A program made the translations under genes and the position numbers. From Gnetum montanum (lineage: Eukaryota; Plantae; Gnetophyta): 64,000 nt of DNA. The stretch spans positions 273,549-337,548 of the forward strand of contig MNCI01001921.1 in assembly GCA_015680685.1 (NCBI GenBank), given 5' to 3'. Positions 10,706 through 23,400 of the stretch are shown piece by piece (positions within the stretch are counted from its first letter, which is position 1; each line of letters begins with the position of its first letter). The notes under the pieces are model-generated. The model did no database searches and was not told the DNA's origin. It worked only from the letters and a program-made list of their open reading frames with translations.

Positions 10706-11779
10706 CATGTGCTAAAATAGTGGGTAACAGAAAGGAGTTCCTCATTTTAAGTTCTCAAAATGGCACATTCCCGATGTTACAAAACTTGCCAAAACTTGAT
10801 AAAAGTTTTGCAATTTCGGCACGAAGATTACGACAAGGAGGTAGTTAAACTCCGTTAAAAATTTTTCAGCGATTGACATAGCCTTTAAAAGTTTCTTAAG
10901 TGATGGAAGCCGAAACTTAAGCATCAAAATCTATGTAATTGATGCAACTTCAAAAATCAAGATTGACGTCAGACTTCAAAGAAAGAAATGACATGGGGCA
11001 TAAAAAATACAAATGACGTGAGAGATCAAAACACACACCAAACTTTCTCCTTTTATCTTAGGCCAACTTGGACTCGTTGATATTTTATTTTGGTCATACA
11101 AAATCTAAAGGATAACTAAAGCACAACCTAAATTTACCATTAATAATATGTGGAGGAATTCATAGGCAAACTAGCATAAAAAATCAACGTTGCATAATAA
11201 TAGTTGTCTATAATAATTAATAATTCAAAGGTTGAATAATGTTTCTCAAACACACCCCTATGTATCATGTAATTTATTTTAAATAGAGGTGGAAATCATG
11301 AAATTGTGAAACTATATCATGGGGGTTGAACTTATCAATTAATAACCCCACGCAAGCATGGGAACGTTGATATCAATATTTAGCTCTAGAACTTGAGTTA
11401 CATGCAAGTGCAAAGATACCAAAACCAATAAAAATTTTAAGAAGTGCAAGGAAATGTAAGATATAAAGGATCAAAATGATCATAAAATCATTAAATGAGA
11501 TAAATAGAGAAAAACTGGAAAAAGGTATGAGAAGATTGTTATTGTTTTTCTTTTCATCTTTTTGGAAATGGATTAAAGGGGATGGAAGGGTAGGATGAGG
11601 ATTGCATTGGATCCTTCCTTTTGGAAAAAGCATTGCTCATGGTGCACTTCATTCTTAAGGTTTTACATGAGTCTAGCTGATTAGCTACATTGCCAATAAA
11701 CAAGGTCCTTGCAAAACTTTGCCTACAATGTAGTTTAACCTTCCTACATATGCCTTTAATTATAAACTAGACAACATCA

Positions 11780-11920
11780 TAGCTATCACCTAGGTGACAA
11801 AGGGTTTTCAAGTGGAGATGAACACACTTCCCCTTGTTGCTCATAGGATAGTCATGGATCATTACACTTGAGGTCTAGGATAAAAGGATAAAGGAAAAGA
11901 GATTTTCTAAGGTCACCTAT
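11780..11920 (-). mobile_element. LTR fragment resembling the reverse complement of 3870-3960
   Basis: AGTGGA..ACACTTCCCCT..TGCTC..AGGATA..GGATAAAAGG shared with the Tekay-like LTR. Short match seen by eye only. Confidence 0.3.
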
Positions 11921-13096
11921 TGATTATGGCTAATTATTTTCCAACTTCAATGTTCTACATTCACATGACCATGGTAATAACATGATAAGTTAGCATAAAT
12001 CCCATTCTTCATAATAAAACATGAATAATAAAGCCAATACCTTGATAAAGATTGGGAAGAATCATAGAATTATTGAAATATATCATATAAAGAAAATTTA
12101 TAAATAATATTAATATGATATAATATTAATAATATATAAAATATTTTACTTGTATTGTCATTGAATGATGTTATGATGACCCAATGCCTAGCTACTCAAA
12201 GATCATAATGATTATTAAAATTAGAGAAAATGTAAAAATAGATCAAGCCAAAACCATTTTGCTAATGGAAAAACAATGATAGACTTAACATGCATGAGAA
12301 TATGATGAAAAAGACAATATGCAAATGTCACTATATACAAATAAAATATATGAAAGATGAGAAAAAACATGAAACTAAGGATCTACCAAGTGTTCATGAG
12401 GGGAACATGAGTAGAAATTCTTTAAATGAAATGTATTAAAATTTTTATATAATTTGTTTTCTTGTAAATTAGCAACTTTGTAAACATTGGGGCCAGTGAC
12501 ATTTGTGACTTGATATGGGATTGACCACATATAAGAAAACTTATTTTGGGAACATATTTGACCAAATGCTCTATCTCTTTTAATAAATAGATGACATACT
12601 TTAAAAAATTTAGCTACATATTTCTTATTAAACCATCTTTTAATTGTGTGTTGATGATTAAATAAGCTTTTAACTGCTTTTACCCTCTTAAGTTCTAAAT
12701 TCCAAATGTCATATGTGCATGAAATTAAATGTTCATCATTTGTTAAATAATCTAAAAAAGATGATATGTTGGAATTTACAAATTTATTGGAAAATTGGTA
12801 CCCATTCATATACTAGATTGTATCGTATAGTTTTGATTAATTCTTTATAACAAATTCTATGAGCTCATACTGCCCATTTTAATTATTCATGCCATGTTTG
12901 TGGACTTTCAGTCAGCATTTTTTTAATTTCATTTAATATAATTTTATTGGATGACTATGCCAAATCATTACCTATGAATAATATTTAGTGATGGCTTTGA
13001 AAATAATATTATGTACCCTAGCTTAATTTGTAAACTCTATGGATATGAAAGCAAGTCCATTATTAACTACTAAGACATAAGGGTATTGATACATAG

Positions 13097-14070
13097 TGAT
13101 GAGTGGCAAGATACCCCTACACTCAACCATACAAATATGAGCATAGCATGTGCGATCCGGTCAACTCCACAGAATAAGTGCCTACATGCCCTATGGAACA
13201 CTTAGGGTTAATCATTCATTGTCTTCCCAGAATTACTTGTAGTTGTCACGGTGTATGGTTAAGTAAGTCCAAGGTATATGATTTTTATGGTCTTTTCTGT
13301 TTTATGTCTCCTATGCTAATGAGTGAAGGGTTGAGAAACTAATTACTAACTCTAACTAATGAACTAAGTCTAAATTACCTAGCGTCAGCATCCGTTCCCA
13401 CTTACCATACACACCCTGAACCAATTGAACCGTTGCTACCAAACGCTAATCGTTACTGGGATCACCATGCTTAACGCACGTGCTCGAAGTGGTCGTACTG
13501 AGGCACTTAACTAGGAGGAAAGTGTTGAGAGAATCTAATCTAGCCTAAGTGTGATGAGCATCCATTCCTTGATTATCCGTACACATCCTGGTGCACGACT
13601 ACCACTGGGATTACCAAGCGTAGATCCTAGGTATGCCACTGGGTTACCAAGTAGTCACACTTAGATACTCGTAATCAAGTCGTACTCATTCCGCATTACT
13701 ATGAGATAAGGGTTGAGAAGGAAAATAGTAAATAACATTAAATAAAATCCTATTCCATGCACTGCAAGGTTTATTTGAAAAGATCATCTTTATTGCCGTA
13801 CACAAACTTGTGTTCAGGTACAATGTTTGCTCGAATAAAGATCCATTCACTTTGGGACTCCTATTGCGGGCACATGGAAAATATTCTATATCTGGAGTGA
13901 TCAATTTGCCAGAGTTTTCCTACTTCTAGCCTAGGATTATGAAACCAGGGAGAGCCGCCTCTTATTTATAGATATGATAACACACTACGATATCACATAC
14001 GCGATATTGCAGGGGAAGATGCGATACTGCATATGTGATATCGTGGCTCATGCGATATCGCGTCTCCTCA
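13097..14070 (-). mobile_element. Young solo LTR (974 bp) of the Athila/Tat family, inserted in the host integrase
   Basis: TG..CA ends and a perfect TSD CATAG (13092-13096 and 14071-14075). Terminal TGATGAGTGGCAAGATACCCCTACACTCAACCATAC is shared with the LTRs at 24636, 35364 and 41289. CpGs retained. Confidence 0.95.
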
Positions 14071-14375
14071 CATAGAAATTATATCATTTTTTAAAAATCA
14101 AATGTGTGCAATAATCAATAGTCATTAGCTTAAACTTATGTTAAGCTATTAATAATGGATTAATCACTCATATAAAACTTAAAGCCCATTGTGCAAATGG
14201 TCTAGTTTCTATTATAGGTTATAAAGAAGCTAACCCTTTGGAATCTTTCCATTTAAATATTTGATACTATACACAAGTTTTAACTAGGTTGTAAGCATCA
14301 TTAAGCATAGTGGGCCAATAGTAACCTTTCCTTCTAATTTTATAGATTAACCAGTGATAACCAATATGTCCTTTT

Positions 14376-17300
14376 TGAGGATTGTTGAACTTAGAAGGGG
14401 AGGGGAGGGGGATGAATAAGTTCCCCAAATAAAAATTCTTTAATACAAAGCACACACAAATTTTAACCTAGTTCACCAACTTGGATAGTCCACACTTGAA
14501 GGGTAGTTCGCAAATACACCTCGTGACTTTGTTCCTTTCAAAATGTGGTTTGAATGATACCATGTCCTATACAATCTCTAAGCCCTGATCAAGAGTGTTG
14601 TAAGACTACACTAACAAATCAACCTTGCAAGGTCTTGTCAGGCTTAGAATGTGGTTTCCAAGCTTCCACAACCTTTACAATCTTAACGTTCACTTTGGAG
14701 TGTTGTGCCACAACACCAACTACTCAATCCCACAAGATCTCGACAAGCTCAATCAAGATGCCTTCTTAGAAGAAGTACATCAACCACATATGACAACAAT
14801 GGAGAACAAAAATTACAAGGGATGAATGTAACCTAGTTTGTTGATCCTTTTACTTTGAGGTACAACACACTATATAATAGACAAATGATAATATAATGAA
14901 AAGCAATAGTAATTACAATGATTGCTAGATGATTTACAATTGATAGTACCAAAGCTTGTACATTTTCCAATGAGAGTGAAGTATTCTTATAGCCAATATG
15001 TTTCCAAATTCATCTTGGAACTCCTGAAATGGCTAGCTAACAATCATGGAATATTTCTTCTTCGTGGCTGAGTTGTCTTTCAATGTTTTCCCTCCATTCT
15101 GGGAAGATGTCGTCTTCTAGTGAAAGATGTCTTTCTATAATTAACCTTCATTTTAGAAAGATATCTTTTTCTAGTGAAATATGTCTTTGTCTAATGAAAT
15201 ACATCTACTATTTTTCAAAGATTTCTTCTTATATGTAACCTTTTGGAAAGGTGTCTTTGGTATGGGAAAGACGTTTATTCTCTAGGGGTAAAAAATGAAA
15301 CTACTCATTTTGATGCTAAGAGCCTCTAGATGCCTCCAAAAAAGTCCCCATAGACCTTATAACCTCCTAGACTCATCAAAATGAGTTAGAAACACTTCAA
15401 AACATGTCAAAACATCCAAGAATCAACCTCAACAAAAATAGACACATTTTTCTTGAATTCTTCATATTCTTCCATACTCCCTTGAGTCCTTGTGATTCCT
15501 AATTTTCTTTTGAGTCCTTGAGTCTTTTGATCTTGATACTATAAACAAAACAATCATCCAAACATCCTTGTACTCCATTTTTCTTAATGTTTTGACATGT
15601 CAAAAGGTTAACAATCTTTCCCTTTTTGGTAATGTACAAAACATAAGAAAATGGATTAGTCTTTATCACAATATCAAATATATAATTCACTTCTCCCGCT
15701 TTTTGGACATAACCAAAAAGGATCATGCATATAAACCTATCTCTATAAGATATATCATACTAGAGCAACATCACATAATATTCATGTCAATCCCATAAAG
15801 ACAAAAACATTTTAGCTAAGAAAGAATATTAGTGAAAGAGCACACATCTTTTAGCACTATGTTTCATGAAGAGTTGCCCCTTTTCTATTTACAAAGTTAA
15901 AAATTAACTAATCCAATCCTTTCAAGTGATATTCAAGAATATTTAAAAACCTTAAAAGCATGAAGTAAAGTATAATCCTTGAAGATCAAGTAACCTATCT
16001 ATATAGTTCATGATTCTTGAATTTTCCAATATTCCCCTTCTTTTTAAAACATCATCAAAAGAATAAGGCATATAAATTTTTATCGTAAGAAAAATATATG
16101 CATAAGAAAGAATAGAGCAATACAACTTTATAAACATCTTTGAATCATGTGATTTGTAACTAGCCATGCCAAATTTAAATGTCTAAACCATGAAGTACAT
16201 CTCAAGGAAAAATGTTCAAAGGATGTTTTGATCAAAGAATACTTTTGCCTTGGATACTTTAGCATAAAAAGAATAATAATTTTCTTGCTCATCTTGTTGT
16301 TTGAGTGTCTTTTGGTCAAAGTCTCAAAAGATTCCCCCTACATCAATGGGCTCTAGGATGAAAATTGTTGATGAGATACATGCCTCCCCTATGTACATGC
16401 TTGAGTTTCTTCCTTTTGTCATAATGCATTTGTTGGAGAGAGATTTGTATTCTCCCTTAAGCCTTTTAGGATCTTCATGCTACATTGAAATTTTAAGATC
16501 AAGTTTGGAGACAAAGATCTCTCATTAGTGAATCATTTCAACAAAGAAAAAAAAATTATTGCAGGAAATTCCCTCCTAGATATTTAACAAGAAATCAACT
16601 TTTTTAAGGAAAGCCACTACAGACTTCAACTTTTGTAATGCATCTATTTGCTAAAATTTCCATTAAAATTAATATGAGATGACTTAATAGAAATAGTAGA
16701 TGTCCTACTTGAGAGCAAAGATGTTAGATTATATGACAACCTATTAAGAGAGATGTTGGATGTCAAAATGAGATGTCTCAAATGTAGGGGAGAAATATAA
16801 CAATTAGAGTAGACATCTATCCTACTAGAGCTTAAAATATAGATGCTCATTTTGAGGTTTTGAACCTCTAGATGTTCCCAAACTAGTCACCATAGCTCCA
16901 AAAAACTTCTAGATTCATCAAAATAAGTCTAAAACATCCCAAAACATGGCATAAAACCTTGAAATCATCATTAAAAATGTCAACATAAGAAAACATACAT
17001 AAACACCCAAGAGCTAGGAGATGTCCCCAAAAATATGAAGTGCCATATCTAAGATCAAGTTTGAAAGGAAGACCTCTCATAAAGATAGCAAATAATTCAC
17101 ATGGTTAAGGACTTTCATTTGCAATGTAGCTATCTTTAAAAGATACATGAATTACATTACAAGGACCATTCAAGAATTCTTAAAAACAACCAAACTTTAA
17201 GATTTCATAAGAAAGAAAAAATGCCATAACTTAATTAAGAGATTGGAGCACAAGACATCTATGTTTAAAAAGTAATAATCATTTAACAAAGAGCTTTTGA

Positions 17301-20300
17301 ACCATGAGTTTTAATCCACTTAAATCGAATACATTCTAAATAAAATTCCAAAAGATGATTTATGAATAAAATATTTAAAAGTTTACAAGAACCACAAACT
17401 TTCATTCAGTTATAAGATTAATCACATCATGATCATACATTCACAAGAGATACCATAATCAAATATTCCAATAGTATCAAATATCTTCTCTTGAAAGCAC
17501 TTATCTTAACAATTGTAGAATATTAAAGTAAACATCCCATAGCTTGAATTGAAGTAAGCACACACCAACATAATTTAGTCTATCCAAATTAAATACTGAC
17601 ACGATATTTAGCAAGCAAGGAAACAAAAACTTATCTTGACTTATCTTGACTTACCTTACTTACAACTGAGAATTAAGATGCTAGAGTGCTAGATAATGTG
17701 ATTCCTCTTTCGAGGTTTGCTTTCTTACATAGACTTCTTTAATTTTTTAGGCTTGGATCCCTTTTACAAATTAGCTAGATGGTGTATTTTCATTCTCAGG
17801 TTCCTTCCTCTTGATTCTTCAAACTGTTTGAACTTACTCATTCTTTTGAGTTCAATCTTTCTTGACTCCTCTTTGATTTGTTTGCCTATCCTTTTTAATC
17901 TACAAAAAACCCTTTCTAGGCACATTTGGATGAGACCAAGGAGTTCTATGATATGACCAAGTGTTCATGTGATAAAAATTTAAATTGCAATTACATTGTT
18001 TATGCCCAAACCTGCTATAGTAATAACATCTAATTTTCCTATTGTAGTAAAAGTGATTAAAATGGTCAATCCTTCATGGTGTTGTTAATTGGTTTAGAGT
18101 TACTTTTAATTGAGATGTAGTGCTCATTGATTCTTCATTTTTTGCATGGACTTTGCTTGAGATGGTGTTGGTGTAGATGATTCATCTTATGTATAACATC
18201 CCAGTTCACTCTTATCATGTGGACTTCTTCCTTGTCCTAGAACCATCTGAAGGGATTCCTTTCCTTTAACCAACCTCTCATTTACAAGTTTAGCATCTGC
18301 TAGTTCTTTCTTAACTTGCTCATTAAACATGATGAGTCTTTCATTCTTAACCCTGAGGTCTAATATTTCCTTAGCGAGATCAAAAATTTTCTCAATAAAG
18401 AAATTTCTTAATCCTTTGTTTTCATTTGCTTATTCAAATTTGTGCAAAGATTTTGAAAATATAATAGTTCATGACATAATAAATCAAACCTGTCATCCTC
18501 ACTAAATTCATCATTTGAGGTATCAACGTTATCATCTGTGAGAGCCATACAGATGAAGTGTTAATCCTTTGCATCATCCTTCACCTTTTCTTCACTTTGC
18601 TCTCCATCATTCCAACTTGTGTAGAAATTAGTGTTTCTCATCTTCTCATCATTTCTATCCTTTCACTATAACCTGCCATTACTAGGACATTCGGAGGCCA
18701 CATGGTCTCTTCCACCACATACCAAGCATTCTATTGAAGATGAATCAAAATTACCATCAAATTGATTGGGTTTTTGTTGATTAAAGTTCTTGCTCATTTG
18801 CTCAATTAAATTGGTTAGTTTTTGAATCTCAACCTTATGGTCTAAGTTCTTTTTCTTGAGATAAAAAAATTCATCATTAATAATTTTAATTTCTATTTCC
18901 TTAGCATGTAAAGAATATTTTATCTCAATGCAAAAATTTTGAAAATAAAGAACTTCATGGAAAAATATCCCATACCTTTCTTCAAAGGAAACATCATTTA
19001 GATAATCATGAGTTTTATAAACTTTACAAGCATAGTCTTCTTTATTTCTGAATGCAAAGAAGGGAATGAGAGACTTACCTTCATAACATATGTGATATAG
19101 AAATTAAGCACAATAATTGATGAAGCATATTAGTCTCTTTGTCCAGATGTGTCTGATGTTGATTGCTCAATCAATGTTCACTTTTGGAGATCTATGTAGA
19201 GTGCAAGAGTACTAGGCTTCGATACCACTTGAGGATCATTGAACTTAGAAGTGGGGGGAGGGGAGGATGAATAATTTCCCCAAATAAAAATCCTTTAACA
19301 CAAGGCACACACCAATTTTAACGTGGTTCACCAACTTGGCTAATCCAAACTCAGAGCGTAGTTCACAAGCATAGCTCTAGACTTTATTCCTTCTAAAATG
19401 TGGTTTGAATGGTACCACACCTTGTACAATCTCTAATTCCTACTCTAGAATGTTGTGACATTGCACCAACCACTCAACCTTGCAAGGTCACATTAGGCTT
19501 AGAATGTGGTTTCCAGGTTTCCATGACCTTTAGAATCTTGAGGTATACTCTAGAATGTTATGTTGCAATGCCAACCACTCAATCTCACAAGGATCCCAAC
19601 AAGCTTAATTAAGATGCCTTTCCATAAGAAGCACATAAACCATGCAGGGCAAGAATGAAGAACAAAAATTACAAGAGATAAATGCAACTTAGTTTATTGA
19701 TCTTTGTATTTTGAGGTACAACACACTTTACAATGGACAAACGATAATACAAGTAAGAGAAATAGTGATTGCAATGATTGGTAGATAATTTACAATTGAT
19801 AGTACTGAAACTTACACTATTCCCAATGAGAGTGAAGGTTTCTTATAGCCAATATTTTTTCAAATTTATCTTGGAACTCATGCAATGTCTAGCTAACGGT
19901 TATGGAAGACGTCTTCTTCATGGCTAAGCTATCTTTCTGCATTTGCCCTCCATTTTGGGAAGGCGTGTTCTTTTGTTGGAAGATGTCTTTCTATAACTGG
20001 CATTCATTCTAGGAAGATGTCTTTCTCTAGTGAAATAAATCTTTGTTTGAAGAAAGACATCTGCTATTTTTTAGAGATGTCTTCTTTAGTGCTACCTTCT
20101 ACAAAAATGTCTTTGGTATGGAAAAGATGTCTCTTTTGTAGGGGCCAAAAATGAAACTTCTCATTTTGATGCTGGGATCCTCTGAATGCCTCCAAACAAG
20201 TTCCCACAAACCTTAACCTCCTAGACTCATCAAAATGGGCCACAAACACTTCAAACCATGCCAAAACATCCAAGAATCATCCTCAACAAAAATAGACACA

Positions 20301-20467
20301 TTTTTCTTGAATTATTCATATTTTTCCATGCTCCATTGAGTCCTTGTGATCCCTAATTTGCTTGTGAGTCCTTGAGTCTTTTGCTTTTGCTCCTATAAAT
20401 AGAACAATCACCCAAACATCCTTGTACTTGATTTTCCTTATTGTTTTGACATACCAAAAGGTAAACA
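14376..20467 (-). mobile_element. Non-autonomous SIRE/Maximus-type copia with two 1238-bp LTRs, partial gag and no pol
   Basis: LTRs 14376-15613 and 19230-20467; TSD CTTTT/CTTTC; PBS TGGTATCGAAGC at about 19216-19227; PPT CAAAAAGGGAAAGAT; zinc knuckles CLVCGGRDHVASEC (about 18730-18690) and CYYYSRFGHKQCNC (about 18030-17990); several extra polypurine tracts. Removing it rejoins the host integrase (..YEK/GHIG). Confidence 0.93.
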
Positions 20468-23400
20468 CTTTCTCATATAGTTATCTTAAAGTATCATTAG
20501 CTTGTTCTTAGTCTAAACATTTAAGATATATTCCTTGGAAATTTTTTTCTAAACAACTCATCTCTACTTAAAGTAAACTTAGAACATTTAGATAATAAAA
20601 GTTTTCTTTTTTATCAAGGTATGTCTAAAGGATAACAATGAAAGATTAAATAAAATTTAATATCTCCATACCATGGATCATGTAATTAATTAAGAGTAAA
20701 TAGGATATCATTCTCCTCATCAATAGATAGTATGTAAAGTCATGTAGACTCTTGATATTTTGGTGCGCTGTGTTTTTCTAAAGTTAAACCTTTAGCTATG
20801 AGCTTTGCAAAATTGATTCCTCTAACCAACTTGGCTATTTTTCATTAAATATTAAACTCTTGTAATTTCATAACCCATTTAGCATGTTTTTTCACTAGGA
20901 TCTTGTAGTTTGACTAATGTAATGGTGGCTAAATTAGGAACAATAACAAAAACATTCATGTTTAACAAATAGTTAAAAAATTTCTTTAGAGCTTTAATCA
21001 TAGCACAAAATTTATTTCTATGGATTAATATTTTAATTTCTCATCTTTCAAAGATGCAAACATGAAAACTATAGGTCTTTCACCTTGATTAATGATATCT
21101 TGAATTAATATATTGGTGATAGTGACATCACTAGAAAATTCATATAAAAGGAAATAATTTTCATACCAAGGAGAAGTTAAAATAGGAGCACCTATAATGG
21201 CTTCTTTAATAGCAAGAAAAGAATTTTTTCTTTCTTCTATCAAATGCATAGTACTATATTTTTTAAGCATCTTATTTAATTATCTACATAATTCAACATA
21301 AATAGGATAAATTGTCTAACAAAATTAATTTTTCCAAAGAAAGCCCTTAAATTGATTTTAGATAAAGGATAACGTACCTCTCAAACAACATTTACTCATT
21401 TACAATCAATAATAATTCCTTCTTTAGTCACTATGTGACTAATAAATTTATGACTTTGAATACCAAAAATGAATTTCCTAGCATTCAAAGTGATACCAAA
21501 TTGTCTACACCTTATGAAAATATTTCTAAGGTTCCTAAGGCATGTACCATAACCTTAAAAAAATAGTTAAATCATCTAGATAAATAATAATAAACTTCTT
21601 AATTAATCCCTCAAAGGTTTTATCCATATCCCTTTGAAAAGTAGAACCAACATTTATAAGATAGAAGGACATCTTAGTAAATTAAAAAGTTTCTCATTTT
21701 GTTAGAAAGGTCATCTTATATTGGTCCTTTTTACTTTCTAAAAGTTGATTATCTCTTAGATATTTGTCAAAAAAGAAATACATTTGCGCATCAATCACAA
21801 TTTGCAAAAACTCCCCCATAAGAGCAAATGGATAATTATCCTTAATACAAGAGGTATTAAGGTTATGAAAATCAATGCATATTCATAATTCAATTGTTCA
21901 TTTTCCAACTAGCACTAAGTTTAATATCCAACTCAAGTGTCTAATAAGATAAATAATTTTAGATTCTAAAATTTTATCTATTTCTTCCTTCATTAATGAT
22001 TCAATCTTGGTGCCAATAGATCTAAGTTTTTAGGACGATAGTTGATAAGTGTGTTGGATCTTTCCATGTATCTTTTGGATAGTCCAGTATTCTCATTTTC
22101 TAGCGGTTGGGTGTCCTTTTGTGTAGTGGCTATTGTGTAAACATGGTTTTATGCACACACTTATTCCTGAAGTTTGTTGTTGGCTAGCATAAGGATCATT
22201 TTAATACTTCTAACATTTGGCTCATAAATGCACCCTTTATCATTATTAGTAGTGCATGTAATTTTCTATCTTTCCACAAGATCCTGTTCAACTTTTATGT
22301 TTTTTTTGGAGGGATGATGGTTGTTGAATTTTGCATTAGATTTAAAGGCATTGTTTGGGTGAGAAATAAGGCTACACCATATTGTCCTTGTGCTAGTTTT
22401 GATAGGCTAGAAGGTCTACTATTTTTATTCACACTTGTAGAAACCATCCTAAAGAAAGGATGTTTTGAAGGCTTGTGCTTAGGGATATTGGAACTATTGT
22501 TATTTTGTATGTTCATAGTAGAAATGATATTCTTTTGTTGAGGTTTTAGTACCAAGTATTCCTACAATTTTGGTTGGGACATATATTGGAGGGAAGTATT
22601 AGAGTATTTAGAATGTGATGAATGATGAAAGGCATGGGTTGGTAATCCCATAGGAGATATTACAAGTTGATGATTTTCAAGAGGATAGTAGTAGTGGTGA
22701 GTTAGGGCATGAGTATTAGAACCATGTGAATAAATAGGTTGTTGAATATAGTATCTAATAAGGGTTCAAATGGTAGCAGGGATATTACTAGTTTGGTGAT
22801 GGCATCCCCCATGATTGTGGATTTTTTCATTGTTGTTGATAATAGTCTTGAGGTTGATGAGGAGTCCCACTTGGATAGTGTTGTTAGTTGTGGAAAATCT
22901 ATAATATTCTTGTGGATAAGGCAATATTTTAGGCATTTTCTTCTCCATGAACTTGAGATTCAAAGTTAAAGCCCTAGACTCTTGTAGATGTAATTTAAGT
23001 AGGCAATAGCCCTTTCGATGTTCATAATGATGTCATATCTATCCTCCTTCTTTGAATCTAAGTCTATAACCTCTTCTACTACAACTATTTTTTATCTTTG
23101 CTAATAATTATCCTTATCTATTCTTTTATTCTTTTTCCTCTTCTTATCTTGGTCACTTAATCCTACTTTCTTTACCTTTTCTTGTATGATTTTCTATTTT
23201 GTTGTAACATTTCTATTCATCAACTCTCACATCTTATCTTCCCTTGCTTCAACCTTAATAATAGAATTTTTTATTAAAAAGTTTTTCTATGAAATCAAAT
23301 CATCAAGAGCTATCTCTTCTTCTTGATCATAAACATGGATCCTTTTTCCTTTTTACAAAGGGTAAGATCTTGGTTATATTCCTCTATGCGCTTCCTTTTA

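Noticed and set aside
14554-14825. Recurrent ORFs LECGFQ..TLECC (also 19409 and 61532) suggesting a small gene family
   Set aside because: They are antisense readings of the same LTR sequence in three copies.
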